The translations under genes were made by a program, and so were the position numbers. This document shows positions 16,781 to 27,591 of a stretch of 64,000 nucleotides of DNA, piece by piece. A model generated the notes under the pieces. The model did no database searches and had not been told where the DNA came from. It worked only from the letters and a program-made list of their open reading frames with translations. Source of the DNA: Prevotella sp. (GTDB lineage Bacteria > Bacteroidota > Bacteroidia > Bacteroidales > Dysgonomonadaceae); NCBI GenBank assembly GCA_031285625.1, contig JAITVV010000084.1:1-64000 (forward strand), written 5' to 3'. Each line of letters opens with the position of its first letter. Positions within the stretch are counted from its first letter, which is position 1.

Positions 16781-19700
16781 ATGAGACACCAATCTTTCGG
16801 TTTAATGAGAACATATAAACTCTTCTTAATTTGCTTACTATTTATTTTTTCTGCAAAAACATCGCTTGCAGTATATACTGTACATAAAGCATATAAGCTA
16901 GACCTGTCAAACAATGCTATTTTATGTATGTATCAGGACAACAACGGTTACATGTGGTTTGGTACATATGATGGACTAAATTTGTACAATGGCAAAAGCA
17001 TGTTTGTATACAGGTTTGAGATGGATAATAAAAACTCTCTGTGCAGTAATATAATTCACAAAATATCTCAGGCAGATGAAGACAATCTATGGATATCCAC
17101 TTTTTTAGGTCTTAATAAATTTTCGTTGAAAGAGAGGAAAGTAACAGAATCGCATACAGAATGCCCTGAGGCCAGGCTATTAGCTTCTGATAGTAAAGGA
17201 AATACATGGGTTATATCAAAAAAAAATTACATATCATACTATACACCTAAGGTTAAAAAATTCAGAGACATTCATTTGCCGGGAGTTAGCACAGAAAATG
17301 TTATAGAATTATTTACTGACAACGATGGTAAGCTTTATTTGATAATGACTGATGGAAGCATTAAGAATATAAAGATCTCAAATAAATCAGGCAATGATCT
17401 GGAACTGGATGTTAGCGACACAAAATTTCATAACAAAAGTATAATCAGTGCTTTTTACCAAAGTAATGAAATGTATTTTGTCGACAATGAGAGGAAACTA
17501 CATTTATTTAATCCCTCTCAAAAAACAAAAATATTTCTTGCTGACCTATCTAAGTTGCCTAATAATGGACGTATCTCCAATATTCTCTCTTTTAATGACA
17601 ATCTCTTCATTTCATTTAATAGCGGTGCAATTATCAAGCTGAATGTACAGAAAGATTCATATGAGGAAATTACCAGCTCCGGCGTTGGTATATATTGTAC
17701 GATTAAGGACAAGAAACAAGATTTACTGTGGATAGGGACAGATGGCCAGGGTGTGCAATTATACCATCAAAGCCACGAAATGTTTAAAAATATAACACAC
17801 GAATATTTACCAATAAAAACACAAAAACCGATAAGATCAATTTATACCGACGAATATGACAATCTTTGGATAGGGACAAAAGGTGATGGTTTTATACAAA
17901 TCAAAAATTATAATGACATAAATGCTCATCCTCTGTATAATCGTTATACAACCGACAATGGACTATCCAACAATTCCGTTTTTTGTTTTCTACGAAGTAA
18001 ATTCCACAATGTAATATGGATTGGTACCGAAGGACCCGGATTATCATTTTACTCCTACCGGGACAATAAAGTGAAAACCTTATCCAGCGACCAGATTGGT
18101 AAAGTTCATTCTATATGTGAAGTTAATTCGTCAACCTTATGGCTAGCCACAGCAGGAAATGGCCTCCTGGAGGTCTCTTTAAAAGAAGAGAATGGGACGC
18201 TCTCTGTTAAATCTGTCAACGAATTTTTCCCCAAAAAAGGAGATAGAATATGTAATGAGTTTCATTCTATGTATTATGATGGCAAGTCTACCATATTTGT
18301 AGGTAGCAGAGGAGGATATGGCGTTGTCCGCTTCAATATAGAAAGTAAGCAATACGATTTTATTCAAATGAATAAGAACGAAAACTCGGCTATTGGTGAC
18401 GTGCTTAGCGTTCATTTCAGTAAAGATTCCATATTTTATATTGGAGCCAGTTCCGGGCTGACAAAAATGCAACTACTTCCTAATGGTAATAACCAGATTA
18501 AACAATTTGACAGAAGAAGTGGAATAGCTAATGATATGATCCATGGAATTCTTGAAGATGAAGATGGGTGTATATGGTTAAGTACAAACAAAGGTTTAAC
18601 AAAATATAATCCCCATAACGATTTCTTTCACAACTACTCTCACCCAGAATTATTAGTAACCGAATTTTCGGACGACGCTTACTGGAAGAGTCCTCAAACA
18701 AACAGATTATTTTTTGGAGGAATAAATGGATTGGTCTGGGTAGATCCGAATGAAGATTATCCGGCAAACAGCTATGCTCCTGAATTATTATTCTTCGATC
18801 TTAAAATATCGGGAGAGAGTCATACCTTAGATAATTATATGAATAAAGAAGGGTCTGTTGAAATCCCATCTAATACATCGTCATTCACTATATCGTTTGT
18901 TGCACTGGATTATATTAATGGGGATAACTATGAATATTCTTATATTTTGGAAGACTATAATACGACATGGACTGAATTGCAAAAAACGAATGAAGTAACA
19001 TTTACAAACCTTCCTTACGGTGACTATGTACTAAAGGTAAGATATAAGAATGACGTATTTGGATCGGATGAGAAATATTACTCATTACATATAAGTAAAT
19101 TAGCTCCCTGGTATCTCACAAAATGGGCCATTCTGGGCTATATTTTACTTTTCTTGTTTATCTGCACATATATCATATATCTGATTCGAAAAAAGATAAT
19201 AAACAAGCAAATACTCATTGCCCGGAAAATAAAAGAAGAACAAAAAGAAAAACTATTAGAAGCCAAGTTGAATTTTTTCACAAATATTACCCATGAGTTT
19301 TGCACCCCTCTTACGGTTATAAATGGAGTAACTGAGCATATAGACAAGACGTTGGAGACAAATGACTTGAGAAAATATACAGATGTGCTTCGTAATAATG
19401 TGAATGATCTCAACGAACTGATACAGGAGATACTGGATTTTCGAAAAATTGAAGAATCGAAATTTGAGGCTGGCAACATAAAAAAAGTCTCTATCTCAGA
19501 TATAATGACACGTCATTTAGAATCCTTCATCCCAATTGCAGAACAAAACAATGTAGAACTGAATGCATCCATTCCTAAAAACTTAGAATGGAATACAGAT
19601 ATTTCATGCTTCAACCGTATATTTATTAATCTTATATCAAATGCTTTTAAGTATACAAAAGAAGGTGGCAAAGTAAATGTTTCTGTAGATATTGAAAATG

Positions 19701-20818
19701 AAAAATTAATACTGAAAGTACGAAATACAGGAAAAGGCATAGAGGAATCAAAGATACCCAACATATTTGATCGTTATCGTATCCTTGAAAATATGGAAAA
19801 CAATAGCCTTTACTCTCAAATGACATCACGCAATGGTATAGGATTATCCATATGCCATAGTATGGTAAAGTTGCTACAAGGAGAGATTGAAGTAAAAAGT
19901 GAAATAGATCAATTCGCTGAATTCATAGTCTACTTACCAGTCCTAGAAGCCACAAAACAAACGAATCCCGAAATCCAACAGAGAGAAAATAGCGGAAACG
20001 GAGTTGATACACTTTCCCCTAAACGACCTGAAGATGCTTCCAAACAAACTATTCTGATAGTAGATGATAATAAGGACATTGTATGGTTAATTACAGATAT
20101 ATTATCCGACCGATATATTATAAGAGGGGCCAATACTGTAGAAGAAGCATTAAAGATACTGGAGATGCAAACTCCAGCACTAATTATTACAGATATAATG
20201 ATGCCTAATATTGATGGATTGGAATTTATAAATCGAATAAAAGCCAACAAGTTCACAAAACATATCCCTCTGATTATTATTTCAGCTAAGATCAGCGATA
20301 AAGAACAGGCTGAGGGGCTCAATACAGGAGCTGACGCATATCTTACAAAACCTTTCTCACCAATAGTATTACAGTCACTGGTAAACCGTCTGCTAATAAC
20401 AAAAGAAGAATTGAAAGATTATTATTATTCACCGGAAAGTGCTTATGAATATACAGATGGACAACTCATACATCAGGAAGATAAGGATTTCATGGATTCG
20501 GTCATATCTATAATTGATGAAAATATAGAAGAAGAAAACCTTCGTCCGGAATTAATCGCTGATAAATTAGGAATAAATACACGAAACCTATATCGTAGAT
20601 TTAAGAAAATAACATCACTTCCACCAAACGACTTTATCAAAGATTACAGATTTACGTTAGCTGCCAGACTACTTGTAACAACAAGCCTCACTATTCAGGA
20701 AATCATATACAAGGTAGGTATCACCAACAAATCTTATTTCTACAGGGAGTTCTTTAAAAAATACAATATGACTCCCAAGGAATACCGTTCAGCTGATTCA
20801 GCGAGCAAACCCCAATAG
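16781..20818 (+). CDS. Hybrid two-component system (beta-propeller/Y_Y_Y sensor, histidine kinase, receiver, AraC HTH)
   Basis: MWFGTYDGLN repeats, TM, FFTNITHEFCTPL, ILIVDDN/TDIMMP receiver, AraC C-terminus FFKKYNMTPKEYR. Confidence 0.95.
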   Translation: MRHQSFGLMRTYKLFLICLLFIFSAKTSLAVYTVHKAYKLDLSNNAILCMYQDNNGYMWFGTYDGLNLYNGKSMFVYRFEMDNKNSLCSNIIHKISQADEDNLWISTFLGLNKFSLKERKVTESHTECPEARLLASDSKGNTWVISKKNYISYYTPKVKKFRDIHLPGVSTENVIELFTDNDGKLYLIMTDGSIKNIKISNKSGNDLELDVSDTKFHNKSIISAFYQSNEMYFVDNERKLHLFNPSQKTKIFLADLSKLPNNGRISNILSFNDNLFISFNSGAIIKLNVQKDSYEEITSSGVGIYCTIKDKKQDLLWIGTDGQGVQLYHQSHEMFKNITHEYLPIKTQKPIRSIYTDEYDNLWIGTKGDGFIQIKNYNDINAHPLYNRYTTDNGLSNNSVFCFLRSKFHNVIWIGTEGPGLSFYSYRDNKVKTLSSDQIGKVHSICEVNSSTLWLATAGNGLLEVSLKEENGTLSVKSVNEFFPKKGDRICNEFHSMYYDGKSTIFVGSRGGYGVVRFNIESKQYDFIQMNKNENSAIGDVLSVHFSKDSIFYIGASSGLTKMQLLPNGNNQIKQFDRRSGIANDMIHGILEDEDGCIWLSTNKGLTKYNPHNDFFHNYSHPELLVTEFSDDAYWKSPQTNRLFFGGINGLVWVDPNEDYPANSYAPELLFFDLKISGESHTLDNYMNKEGSVEIPSNTSSFTISFVALDYINGDNYEYSYILEDYNTTWTELQKTNEVTFTNLPYGDYVLKVRYKNDVFGSDEKYYSLHISKLAPWYLTKWAILGYILLFLFICTYIIYLIRKKIINKQILIARKIKEEQKEKLLEAKLNFFTNITHEFCTPLTVINGVTEHIDKTLETNDLRKYTDVLRNNVNDLNELIQEILDFRKIEESKFEAGNIKKVSISDIMTRHLESFIPIAEQNNVELNASIPKNLEWNTDISCFNRIFINLISNAFKYTKEGGKVNVSVDIENEKLILKVRNTGKGIEESKIPNIFDRYRILENMENNSLYSQMTSRNGIGLSICHSMVKLLQGEIEVKSEIDQFAEFIVYLPVLEATKQTNPEIQQRENSGNGVDTLSPKRPEDASKQTILIVDDNKDIVWLITDILSDRYIIRGANTVEEALKILEMQTPALIITDIMMPNIDGLEFINRIKANKFTKHIPLIIISAKISDKEQAEGLNTGADAYLTKPFSPIVLQSLVNRLLITKEELKDYYYSPESAYEYTDGQLIHQEDKDFMDSVISIIDENIEEENLRPELIADKLGINTRNLYRRFKKITSLPPNDFIKDYRFTLAARLLVTTSLTIQEIIYKVGITNKSYFYREFFKKYNMTPKEYRSADSASKPQ

Positions 20819-20830
20819 TATCCCAAAAAA

Positions 20831-20880
20831 CAAAAAGAGTATCCTGATTTACCACACGTAGATCAGGATACTCTTTTTGT
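20831..20880 (+). terminator. Hairpin terminator after the HTCS, built from inverted operator copies
   Basis: CAAAAAGAGTATCCTGAT...ATCAGGATACTCTTTTTG. Confidence 0.7.
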
Positions 20881-20922
20881 CAATTAGAATATATAAAGAT
20901 ATATTTATATTTATTAACATTG
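20867..20922 (+). promoter_or_regulatory. Candidate HTCS operator and -7 promoter for susC
   Basis: GATACTCTTTTTG-N7-GAATAT with TAACATTG 48 bp after the first GATAC; same geometry as 26323-26378. Confidence 0.65.
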
Positions 20923-20972
20923 CATTAATGAAAAAATAGTGCCACATCTTACTTTTTTTAATCTTATATACT

Positions 20973-21190
<218 letters not shown>

Positions 21191-21206
<16 letters not shown>

Positions 21207-21233
21207 CTTCCGAGGCAGGGCTTTGCTTATTTA
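21191..21233 (+). terminator. Terminator/attenuator-like hairpin in the susC leader
   Basis: 13-bp stem GCCTTGCTTCGGA/TCCGAGGCAGGGC with two G-U pairs, loop TAACT, followed by TTTGCTTATTTA. Confidence 0.6.
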
Positions 21234-21344
21234 TTAACCTTTAAAAACCATATTTATGTAAACATCGAAAAATCATCCCACAATCAAATCAAAAAGAGTA
21301 ATCTCTTAAATAACTAATTCAAGTTAACTAAAAAAAATCATATT

Positions 21345-24300
21345 ATGAGAAAAAAATCTGCAAGTAAAGCTTCGGGTAAAGAATATGGAAGAAGGGTACT
21401 TTTCTTATTCCTTTCTCTGATTTTCTTTCAATATTCATTTGCATCGTCACCAACAATAACGAAAGATGTGAATGAAGACCTGAGCATCGAACAAAGTAAC
21501 ATAACCGTAAAAGGTACAGTAAAAGATGATACAGGAGAGCCGTTAAGCGGGGTCAGCGTTGTAGTCAAAGGAACTACAACAGGAACAATCACTGACCTTG
21601 ACGGCGCATATACTATAAATGTACCGAATGCGAGTTCTACACTTGTATTTTCGTTCATCGGATTCCATAAACAAGAAATTACTGTAGGTGGAAGAGCTGA
21701 TATCAATGTGGTATTAGTAGAAGATGCTAAAGCCTTAGATGAAGTAGTAGTCGTAGGTTATGGTACTATGCGTAAATCAGACGTAACAGGCTCTATTGCT
21801 ACAGCTAAAGGTAGCGATATCATCAAGGGGCAAACCTTTAATGCTCTTGACGGATTAAAAGGTAAAGCTGCCGGTGTAAACATTTTCTCTAACACAGGAC
21901 AACCAGGAGGGGAAATGCGTGTTATTATCCGTGGTATTTCAACTATCCAAGCTTCAGCAAATCCATTATATGTAGTTGACGGAGTAGTAATGGACAACTT
22001 CCAATTCCTGAACCCAAATGATATAGAATCAATCGAAGTGCTGAAAGATGCCTCTTCTGCAGCCATTTATGGTGCACGTGGTGCCAATGGTGTTATCCTG
22101 GTATCAACCAAACGTGGTGGTAATACAGGTAAAAAAGCACAGATTTCCTATGCCGGATCTATGTCTGTAGGCACTATGGCTAGATATATGGATATGATGG
22201 ATGCCAATCAATGGATGGCGGCCTTTAAGCAAGGGCTCGAAAACTCCAACGCTTGGCGGGGAACTAACTATACGACAGATTTATCTCAGATATTTACTGA
22301 CGAACGTCTCTTCAATGCTGATGGTTCACCTAAATATAATACCGATTGGCAAAAAGAGGCTACACGTACTTCTTTCTCACACAATCATCAGGTTAACATT
22401 CAGCATGGTGATGAAAACTCATCTGTAGGAGCTTTCCTTAACTACACCGATCAACAAGGTATTGCACTCAATTCTTACATGAAGCGTGTGAATGCTAAGA
22501 TGGCCTATGATGCCAAACCAACAAAATGGTTATCAACAGCCGTTAATTTAATGGTAAATCACACCTGGGGTAACCGTACATCAGACAACCCATACGGACA
22601 AGGTGTATTGCGTACCATGATAGAACAATTACCGTGGCTGCCGGTACAATTGGATGGTGAATATATGCAAACAAATTCTTATAAAACAACCTCAATTCCC
22701 GTTGATCAAAATAACCCAGGTGGCAAAACTCAAGGATTCGCTCCGGAAGCAATGGGTAATCCGGTGGAGATGCTGAAACGAACTGTGAATATGCAATACA
22801 GAACTCAGATTTTCGGTAATGCAGCTCTTACATTCCATCTGGCAGAAGGTCTTGACCTGAAAACACAGTTTGGTGTTGACTATCAAAACCAGCGTGAAAA
22901 GAAGTACGAACCATCCACTCCGCGCCCTATACTTGGTCTAAATTCTCTCGGAAGGGCTGAGGCTAACAATGGTAATACCCTTTATTGGCAGGAAGAAACT
23001 TACCTGACTTATACTAAAACATTAGGTAAAAATTACATAAACGCTATGGCGGGTATGTCTTGGCAAGAACGCGACTATACTTATTTCAAAGGTATTGGTA
23101 CAGGATTCGGTGATGACTTTTATGAATACTATAACATTGGTAACGGAACAGAGCGTCCATCACTTGAGAGCAAACATGAGAGATGGACTATGAACTCATA
23201 TTTCATGCGTATAGCCTATTCACACGATAATAAATACATGGTTACAGCAACAGGTCGTGTCGATGGTTCATCCAAGTTCGGACCAAATAATAAATATGGT
23301 TTCTTCCCTTCTATTGGTTTGGGATGGATGGCTTCTAACGAAAATTTCCTGAAAGATAATACAATTATCAGTAAACTGAAACCTCATGCATCTTTTGGAG
23401 TCACAGGTAACTCAGAAATAGGAGTATACGCTTCTTTACCAACACTAAGTCAAAGCAAAGTAATTATTGGTAATCAATTGCAGATAGTATCCTATCTGGA
23501 CAAGATGGCCAACCCCAACCTGAAGTGGGAAAGAACCAACCAATGGGATTTCGGTGTAGATCTTGGTTTGTTTAACAACCGTCTTAACATAGAAGCTTCG
23601 TATTACTATAAATATACTACCGATTTGCTTCTTGAGCGCCCATTACCTAAATCAACAGGTTTCGCTAATGTGACAACGAATGTAGGAGAGGTTTCTAACC
23701 GTGGACTTGATTTATTGATCAATGCATACCCAATAGATAACGCTTCTCTAAATTGGAACACTACTCTTAATTTAAGTTTTAATAAAAACCGGGTTGAAAA
23801 ACTAGATCCAAGCTCGTCTGTTGACCCTCTTACAGGCAAACGCCAGATACTTAAGGATGGTTTTACAAATTACGAAATGCTAATCCGCGAAGGAGAAGAA
23901 CTGTCTACATTCTACGGATATAAAAGAGCTGGAATTTATGATGGTAACCCTGCCAATTGGGATGCTGAGACAATGAATATACCATCAACTATAGGTGAAA
24001 AGGTAACATACAAAGAACGTCAAATTCTGGGTAATGGTTTGCCTGATTGGATGGGATCATTTATCAATACTGTCAGCTATAAAAATTTCGACCTTACACT
24101 CGATCTTCAATTTTCATGGGGAGCCGATATAATGCAAGAGTTTTTCCACTCTACCGAAGGACGCTTCCTAACAAATGGACTTGATGGTCTATACACAAAT
24201 GCATGGCATCCGACGTTAAACCCTGGTGGTACTTCACAAGCCATACGCTTACAGAATTTCGGTATGGGTAGTAATGCGGACGCAGATGACACATGGGTTT

Positions 24301-24560
24301 GTGATGGTTCTTACCTGCGTGCTAATCTGATCCAATTAGGTTATACATTCAATTCTAACACTATCAAAAAAATAGGCCTTTCTTCACTACGTGTCTATGG
24401 AAGTGTCAGCAATGCATTCCTGATTACTGCATCAGATTATAAGGGATTAGATCCGGACAACTCGTCACGCTTAGACAACAATAAATGGGGAGCCAATCGT
24501 CAGTTCTTTACTTATCCGCGTCCAAGAACATTTACACTAGGTCTCAATGTAGCATTTTAG
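21345..24560 (+). CDS. susC: SusC-family TonB-dependent transporter
   Basis: CarboxypepD-like N-domain, LDEVVVVGYG, DIESIEVLKDASSAAIYGARGANGVI, C-terminal YPRPRTFTLGLNVAF. Confidence 0.96.
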   Translation: MRKKSASKASGKEYGRRVLFLFLSLIFFQYSFASSPTITKDVNEDLSIEQSNITVKGTVKDDTGEPLSGVSVVVKGTTTGTITDLDGAYTINVPNASSTLVFSFIGFHKQEITVGGRADINVVLVEDAKALDEVVVVGYGTMRKSDVTGSIATAKGSDIIKGQTFNALDGLKGKAAGVNIFSNTGQPGGEMRVIIRGISTIQASANPLYVVDGVVMDNFQFLNPNDIESIEVLKDASSAAIYGARGANGVILVSTKRGGNTGKKAQISYAGSMSVGTMARYMDMMDANQWMAAFKQGLENSNAWRGTNYTTDLSQIFTDERLFNADGSPKYNTDWQKEATRTSFSHNHQVNIQHGDENSSVGAFLNYTDQQGIALNSYMKRVNAKMAYDAKPTKWLSTAVNLMVNHTWGNRTSDNPYGQGVLRTMIEQLPWLPVQLDGEYMQTNSYKTTSIPVDQNNPGGKTQGFAPEAMGNPVEMLKRTVNMQYRTQIFGNAALTFHLAEGLDLKTQFGVDYQNQREKKYEPSTPRPILGLNSLGRAEANNGNTLYWQEETYLTYTKTLGKNYINAMAGMSWQERDYTYFKGIGTGFGDDFYEYYNIGNGTERPSLESKHERWTMNSYFMRIAYSHDNKYMVTATGRVDGSSKFGPNNKYGFFPSIGLGWMASNENFLKDNTIISKLKPHASFGVTGNSEIGVYASLPTLSQSKVIIGNQLQIVSYLDKMANPNLKWERTNQWDFGVDLGLFNNRLNIEASYYYKYTTDLLLERPLPKSTGFANVTTNVGEVSNRGLDLLINAYPIDNASLNWNTTLNLSFNKNRVEKLDPSSSVDPLTGKRQILKDGFTNYEMLIREGEELSTFYGYKRAGIYDGNPANWDAETMNIPSTIGEKVTYKERQILGNGLPDWMGSFINTVSYKNFDLTLDLQFSWGADIMQEFFHSTEGRFLTNGLDGLYTNAWHPTLNPGGTSQAIRLQNFGMGSNADADDTWVCDGSYLRANLIQLGYTFNSNTIKKIGLSSLRVYGSVSNAFLITASDYKGLDPDNSSRLDNNKWGANRQFFTYPRPRTFTLGLNVAF

Positions 24561-24591
24561 TCTGTAATAATAAATATAAAATCATAATCAT

Positions 24592-26211
24592 ATGAAATTA
24601 CATAAAATATATATATCCGTCTTTTGCATGATTATATTCTCATTATTAATGAGTTCATGTGATAGTTTTTTGGAAGAAGAACCGGAAGACAAAAAAAGTG
24701 CAGATCAGCACTGGAAGACAGAAACTGATGCAAAATCAGGGGTAAACGCGCTTTACTTCGGTGGTGTTCCATACCTTCATAACACCGATGTAGACGGTGG
24801 TTGGACACCTAAGGCAACCATGTGGGGAGGTATTATGTCGGGGCTTTTTGTTGACAAACGCAAAGACAGAACATTTACCAGTGCTTCCGAAAACTCTAAC
24901 TTTAATATTGAAGCATTTAACTCTACTGCAGACAAACTTTGGAATGAGTTTTACAAAGGTAGTTCACGCTCAAACTTTGTTATTGCCAACATTCCTAATA
25001 TGACAGGTGTGTTAAGTGAAAGTCAGATAAAAAATTTCCTTGCTCAAGGTAAATTTTTCAGAGCATACAGCTATTTTTATCTGGCAAAGGAATTTGGAGA
25101 TGTTCCATATATAGATTTCCCTTATTTATCATTGGATGATATATATAAGGAGCCTATGTCTGCTGCTGAAATCTATAAAAAGGTAGAGCAAGACTTACTT
25201 GATGCTCTGGCAGGCGACGCATTACCAAATAAAGCATTCTACGACAATGGTTGTTATGTAACAAAACCAATGGCGCAAACATTATTGGCGCAAGTTTATT
25301 TGCAATGGGCAGGTGCACCTCTTAATGGCGGTAGTGAATATTATGCTAAAGCCGCAGCTATGGCTGAAGAAGTAATAAAAGGTAAGGTTCATGCGCTTAT
25401 TCAGGCTGACGGAAGTAGCGACGACCTAAACTCTGCATTCAACGTGATCAAGACTACAAAAACGTCTAATGAAATTATCTTTGCAAAAGAGTTTAACAAA
25501 ACAACACTTGATATAGGTAATTCATACTATCATCGTGCCATAGAAACAGATGCAGCCCAGTGGGGGATTTTTTCTGCGGGGGGCTTATACAATGCCTATC
25601 TTCCATGCGATATGTTGATAGACAGTTACGATCCGGCAGATATTCGCGGACACGAAAAACAATTCTTCTTCTGGGAATATACTTACACTCTTAATGATGA
25701 AGTAATCACCAGAAAACTAGGCAGCACAGGCAACTGGGCATGGTTTGATGAGGAAGCTACGATAAAAGGACGCGATGGAGATTATAATATGCCAACAATG
25801 CGTTATGCCGAAGTATTACTGATTGCTGCCGAAGGACTTGCACGTACAGGAAAAGAAGCTGAAGCGAAAGCATATCTTAACCAGGTACGTAAACGTGCAG
25901 GATTAGGAAACGAAACAGCTACGGGAGATGCCTTGATACAATCTATCTTAACTGAACGCTTCCATGAGTTTCCTTTAGAATTCAAGATTTGGGACGATAT
26001 CCGCCGTACACGCCTATATCCGGAAGCAAATGGTTCGAAGTCAGGTAAACTAAAATGGGTTCCGCTTGGAACAGCAGTAATTCAGAATAAACCTGAAAGA
26101 TTTACTAAAGTTGGTGGAATTCCTGAACATGCATTATTATGGCCAATACCATTAGCTGAAATGCAAGCAAACCCTTCTCTGGAAGGACATCAGAACCCAG
26201 GATGGAATTAA
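24592..26211 (+). CDS. susD: SusD/RagB-family lipoprotein
   Basis: Lipobox SSC-DSFL, RYAEVLL.AAE, LNQVRKRAG, ER..E...E...W.DIRR, QNPGW. Confidence 0.95.
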   Translation: MKLHKIYISVFCMIIFSLLMSSCDSFLEEEPEDKKSADQHWKTETDAKSGVNALYFGGVPYLHNTDVDGGWTPKATMWGGIMSGLFVDKRKDRTFTSASENSNFNIEAFNSTADKLWNEFYKGSSRSNFVIANIPNMTGVLSESQIKNFLAQGKFFRAYSYFYLAKEFGDVPYIDFPYLSLDDIYKEPMSAAEIYKKVEQDLLDALAGDALPNKAFYDNGCYVTKPMAQTLLAQVYLQWAGAPLNGGSEYYAKAAAMAEEVIKGKVHALIQADGSSDDLNSAFNVIKTTKTSNEIIFAKEFNKTTLDIGNSYYHRAIETDAAQWGIFSAGGLYNAYLPCDMLIDSYDPADIRGHEKQFFFWEYTYTLNDEVITRKLGSTGNWAWFDEEATIKGRDGDYNMPTMRYAEVLLIAAEGLARTGKEAEAKAYLNQVRKRAGLGNETATGDALIQSILTERFHEFPLEFKIWDDIRRTRLYPEANGSKSGKLKWVPLGTAVIQNKPERFTKVGGIPEHALLWPIPLAEMQANPSLEGHQNPGWN

Positions 26212-26250
26212 GATAAGTAATAGATTCAATTAATCTATTTAGCAATAAAT

Positions 26251-26292
26251 AATGACCTGCAATTCCCGTTATATCGGAATTGCAGGTTATTT
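26251..26292 (+). terminator. Intrinsic terminator after susD
   Basis: AATGACCTGCAATTCC/GGAATTGCAGGTTATT stem. Confidence 0.8.
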
Positions 26293-26322
26293 ATCCCAAA
26301 TCTTTGAATAAATGAAAGAAAA

Positions 26323-26378
26323 GATACTCTTATTGCAAAACAGGATACCTTAATTTCTCTTGATAAAAACTATAATTG
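26323..26378 (+). promoter_or_regulatory. Candidate HTCS operator and -7 promoter for the peptidase/GH92 genes
   Basis: GATACTCTTATTG-N7-GGATAC (21-bp period) and TATAATTG 48 bp downstream. Confidence 0.65.
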
Positions 26379-26427
26379 TACTTCTTTTATAACATATACA
26401 TCGCATTCTTGAAACTGAAAAAACACC

Positions 26428-27543
26428 ATGAAAAAACTTTTCTTATCTATTCTGCTTATTCCCATATTAGCTTGTCAAAACCAGACTATACCGACAAACA
26501 TTCCTGAACTTTTGGATAATAATCCAACGACTACTTATACTGGAAGTACCGGAAACAATCAACTATTGTTTGATGTTTCATACAATACTCCTGTATTAAG
26601 TTATAAAATCTACTCTACAGGGGAGCTCCCTGCAAATGATCCTGCCAACTGGACACTAAAAGGATCGAACGACGGAAAAGAATGGACGATTGTAGATGAA
26701 AGAAAAGACCAGCTTTTTTGTTCCCGCTACCAGGAAATACTTTGCGTGGTACAAAATCCTGAAAAATTTAAGCAATATATACTTGAAGCTGCGACAATAA
26801 ATAATGACACACTAAAAATTGCAGATGTCATTCTATCTGATAAAAACATGAAAGCCGGATGGGAGAACTTCAAATATCCAAAAGTGAATTTCAAATCACT
26901 TGACCCGGATACAGAAGGAAGTAAGATATACCATGAATTGGTACAGAATCCCGATGAATATGTAAAATATCATACACAGAAGGTTGCCGAAATACTTTAT
27001 TTTTCAACTGCAGATTCAATCGTAGATGTTCAGCAGATAGATTATACATTGAAAGACTATGATGGAGTTTCTGCGAAAGGAGGTGGTTCTCCTAACATTA
27101 ATATAGTATACAGCACTCAACATATAGAGAAATCTGCAAAAGAGTCTTTGTATAAATTAGATTTCGAAACTCGTGGCGTACTTTATCATGAATTAACACA
27201 CGGTTACCAATATGAACCAAAAGGTATAGGTAATTATGGAAATAATAAAACATTCTGGGCATGCATCGAAGGTATTGCCGATGCTGTAAGGGCAGAAGCC
27301 GGACTATTCGATATGAGTACCCGCAAGCCTGGTGGTAACTGGATGGATGGTTATCGTACTACAGGTTTCTTCCTGCAATGGCTTACAACAAAAGATCCGG
27401 ATGCTATCCGTAAATTCCACCGCACAGCCAAAGAACTGGATGTATGGAGTTTCGATGGTGCCATCAAGATAGTTTTCGGACCGGAAGCCAGTATAGAAGG
27501 CATGTGGAACGAATATCAGGAATATCTGAAAAGTCAACAATAA
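26428..27543 (+). CDS. Lipoprotein: F5/8 (discoidin-like) domain plus basic-secretory-protein (BSP) zinc peptidase domain
   Basis: Lipobox ILAC; DPANWTLKGSNDGKEWT; GVLYHELTHGYQ (HExxH), EGIADAVR, GYRTTGFFL.WL. Confidence 0.85.
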   Translation: MKKLFLSILLIPILACQNQTIPTNIPELLDNNPTTTYTGSTGNNQLLFDVSYNTPVLSYKIYSTGELPANDPANWTLKGSNDGKEWTIVDERKDQLFCSRYQEILCVVQNPEKFKQYILEAATINNDTLKIADVILSDKNMKAGWENFKYPKVNFKSLDPDTEGSKIYHELVQNPDEYVKYHTQKVAEILYFSTADSIVDVQQIDYTLKDYDGVSAKGGGSPNINIVYSTQHIEKSAKESLYKLDFETRGVLYHELTHGYQYEPKGIGNYGNNKTFWACIEGIADAVRAEAGLFDMSTRKPGGNWMDGYRTTGFFLQWLTTKDPDAIRKFHRTAKELDVWSFDGAIKIVFGPEASIEGMWNEYQEYLKSQQ

Positions 27544-27591
27544 ATAATTAGTTACGAGCTGTGAATTACTTACAGCTGAATATAAAAAAAT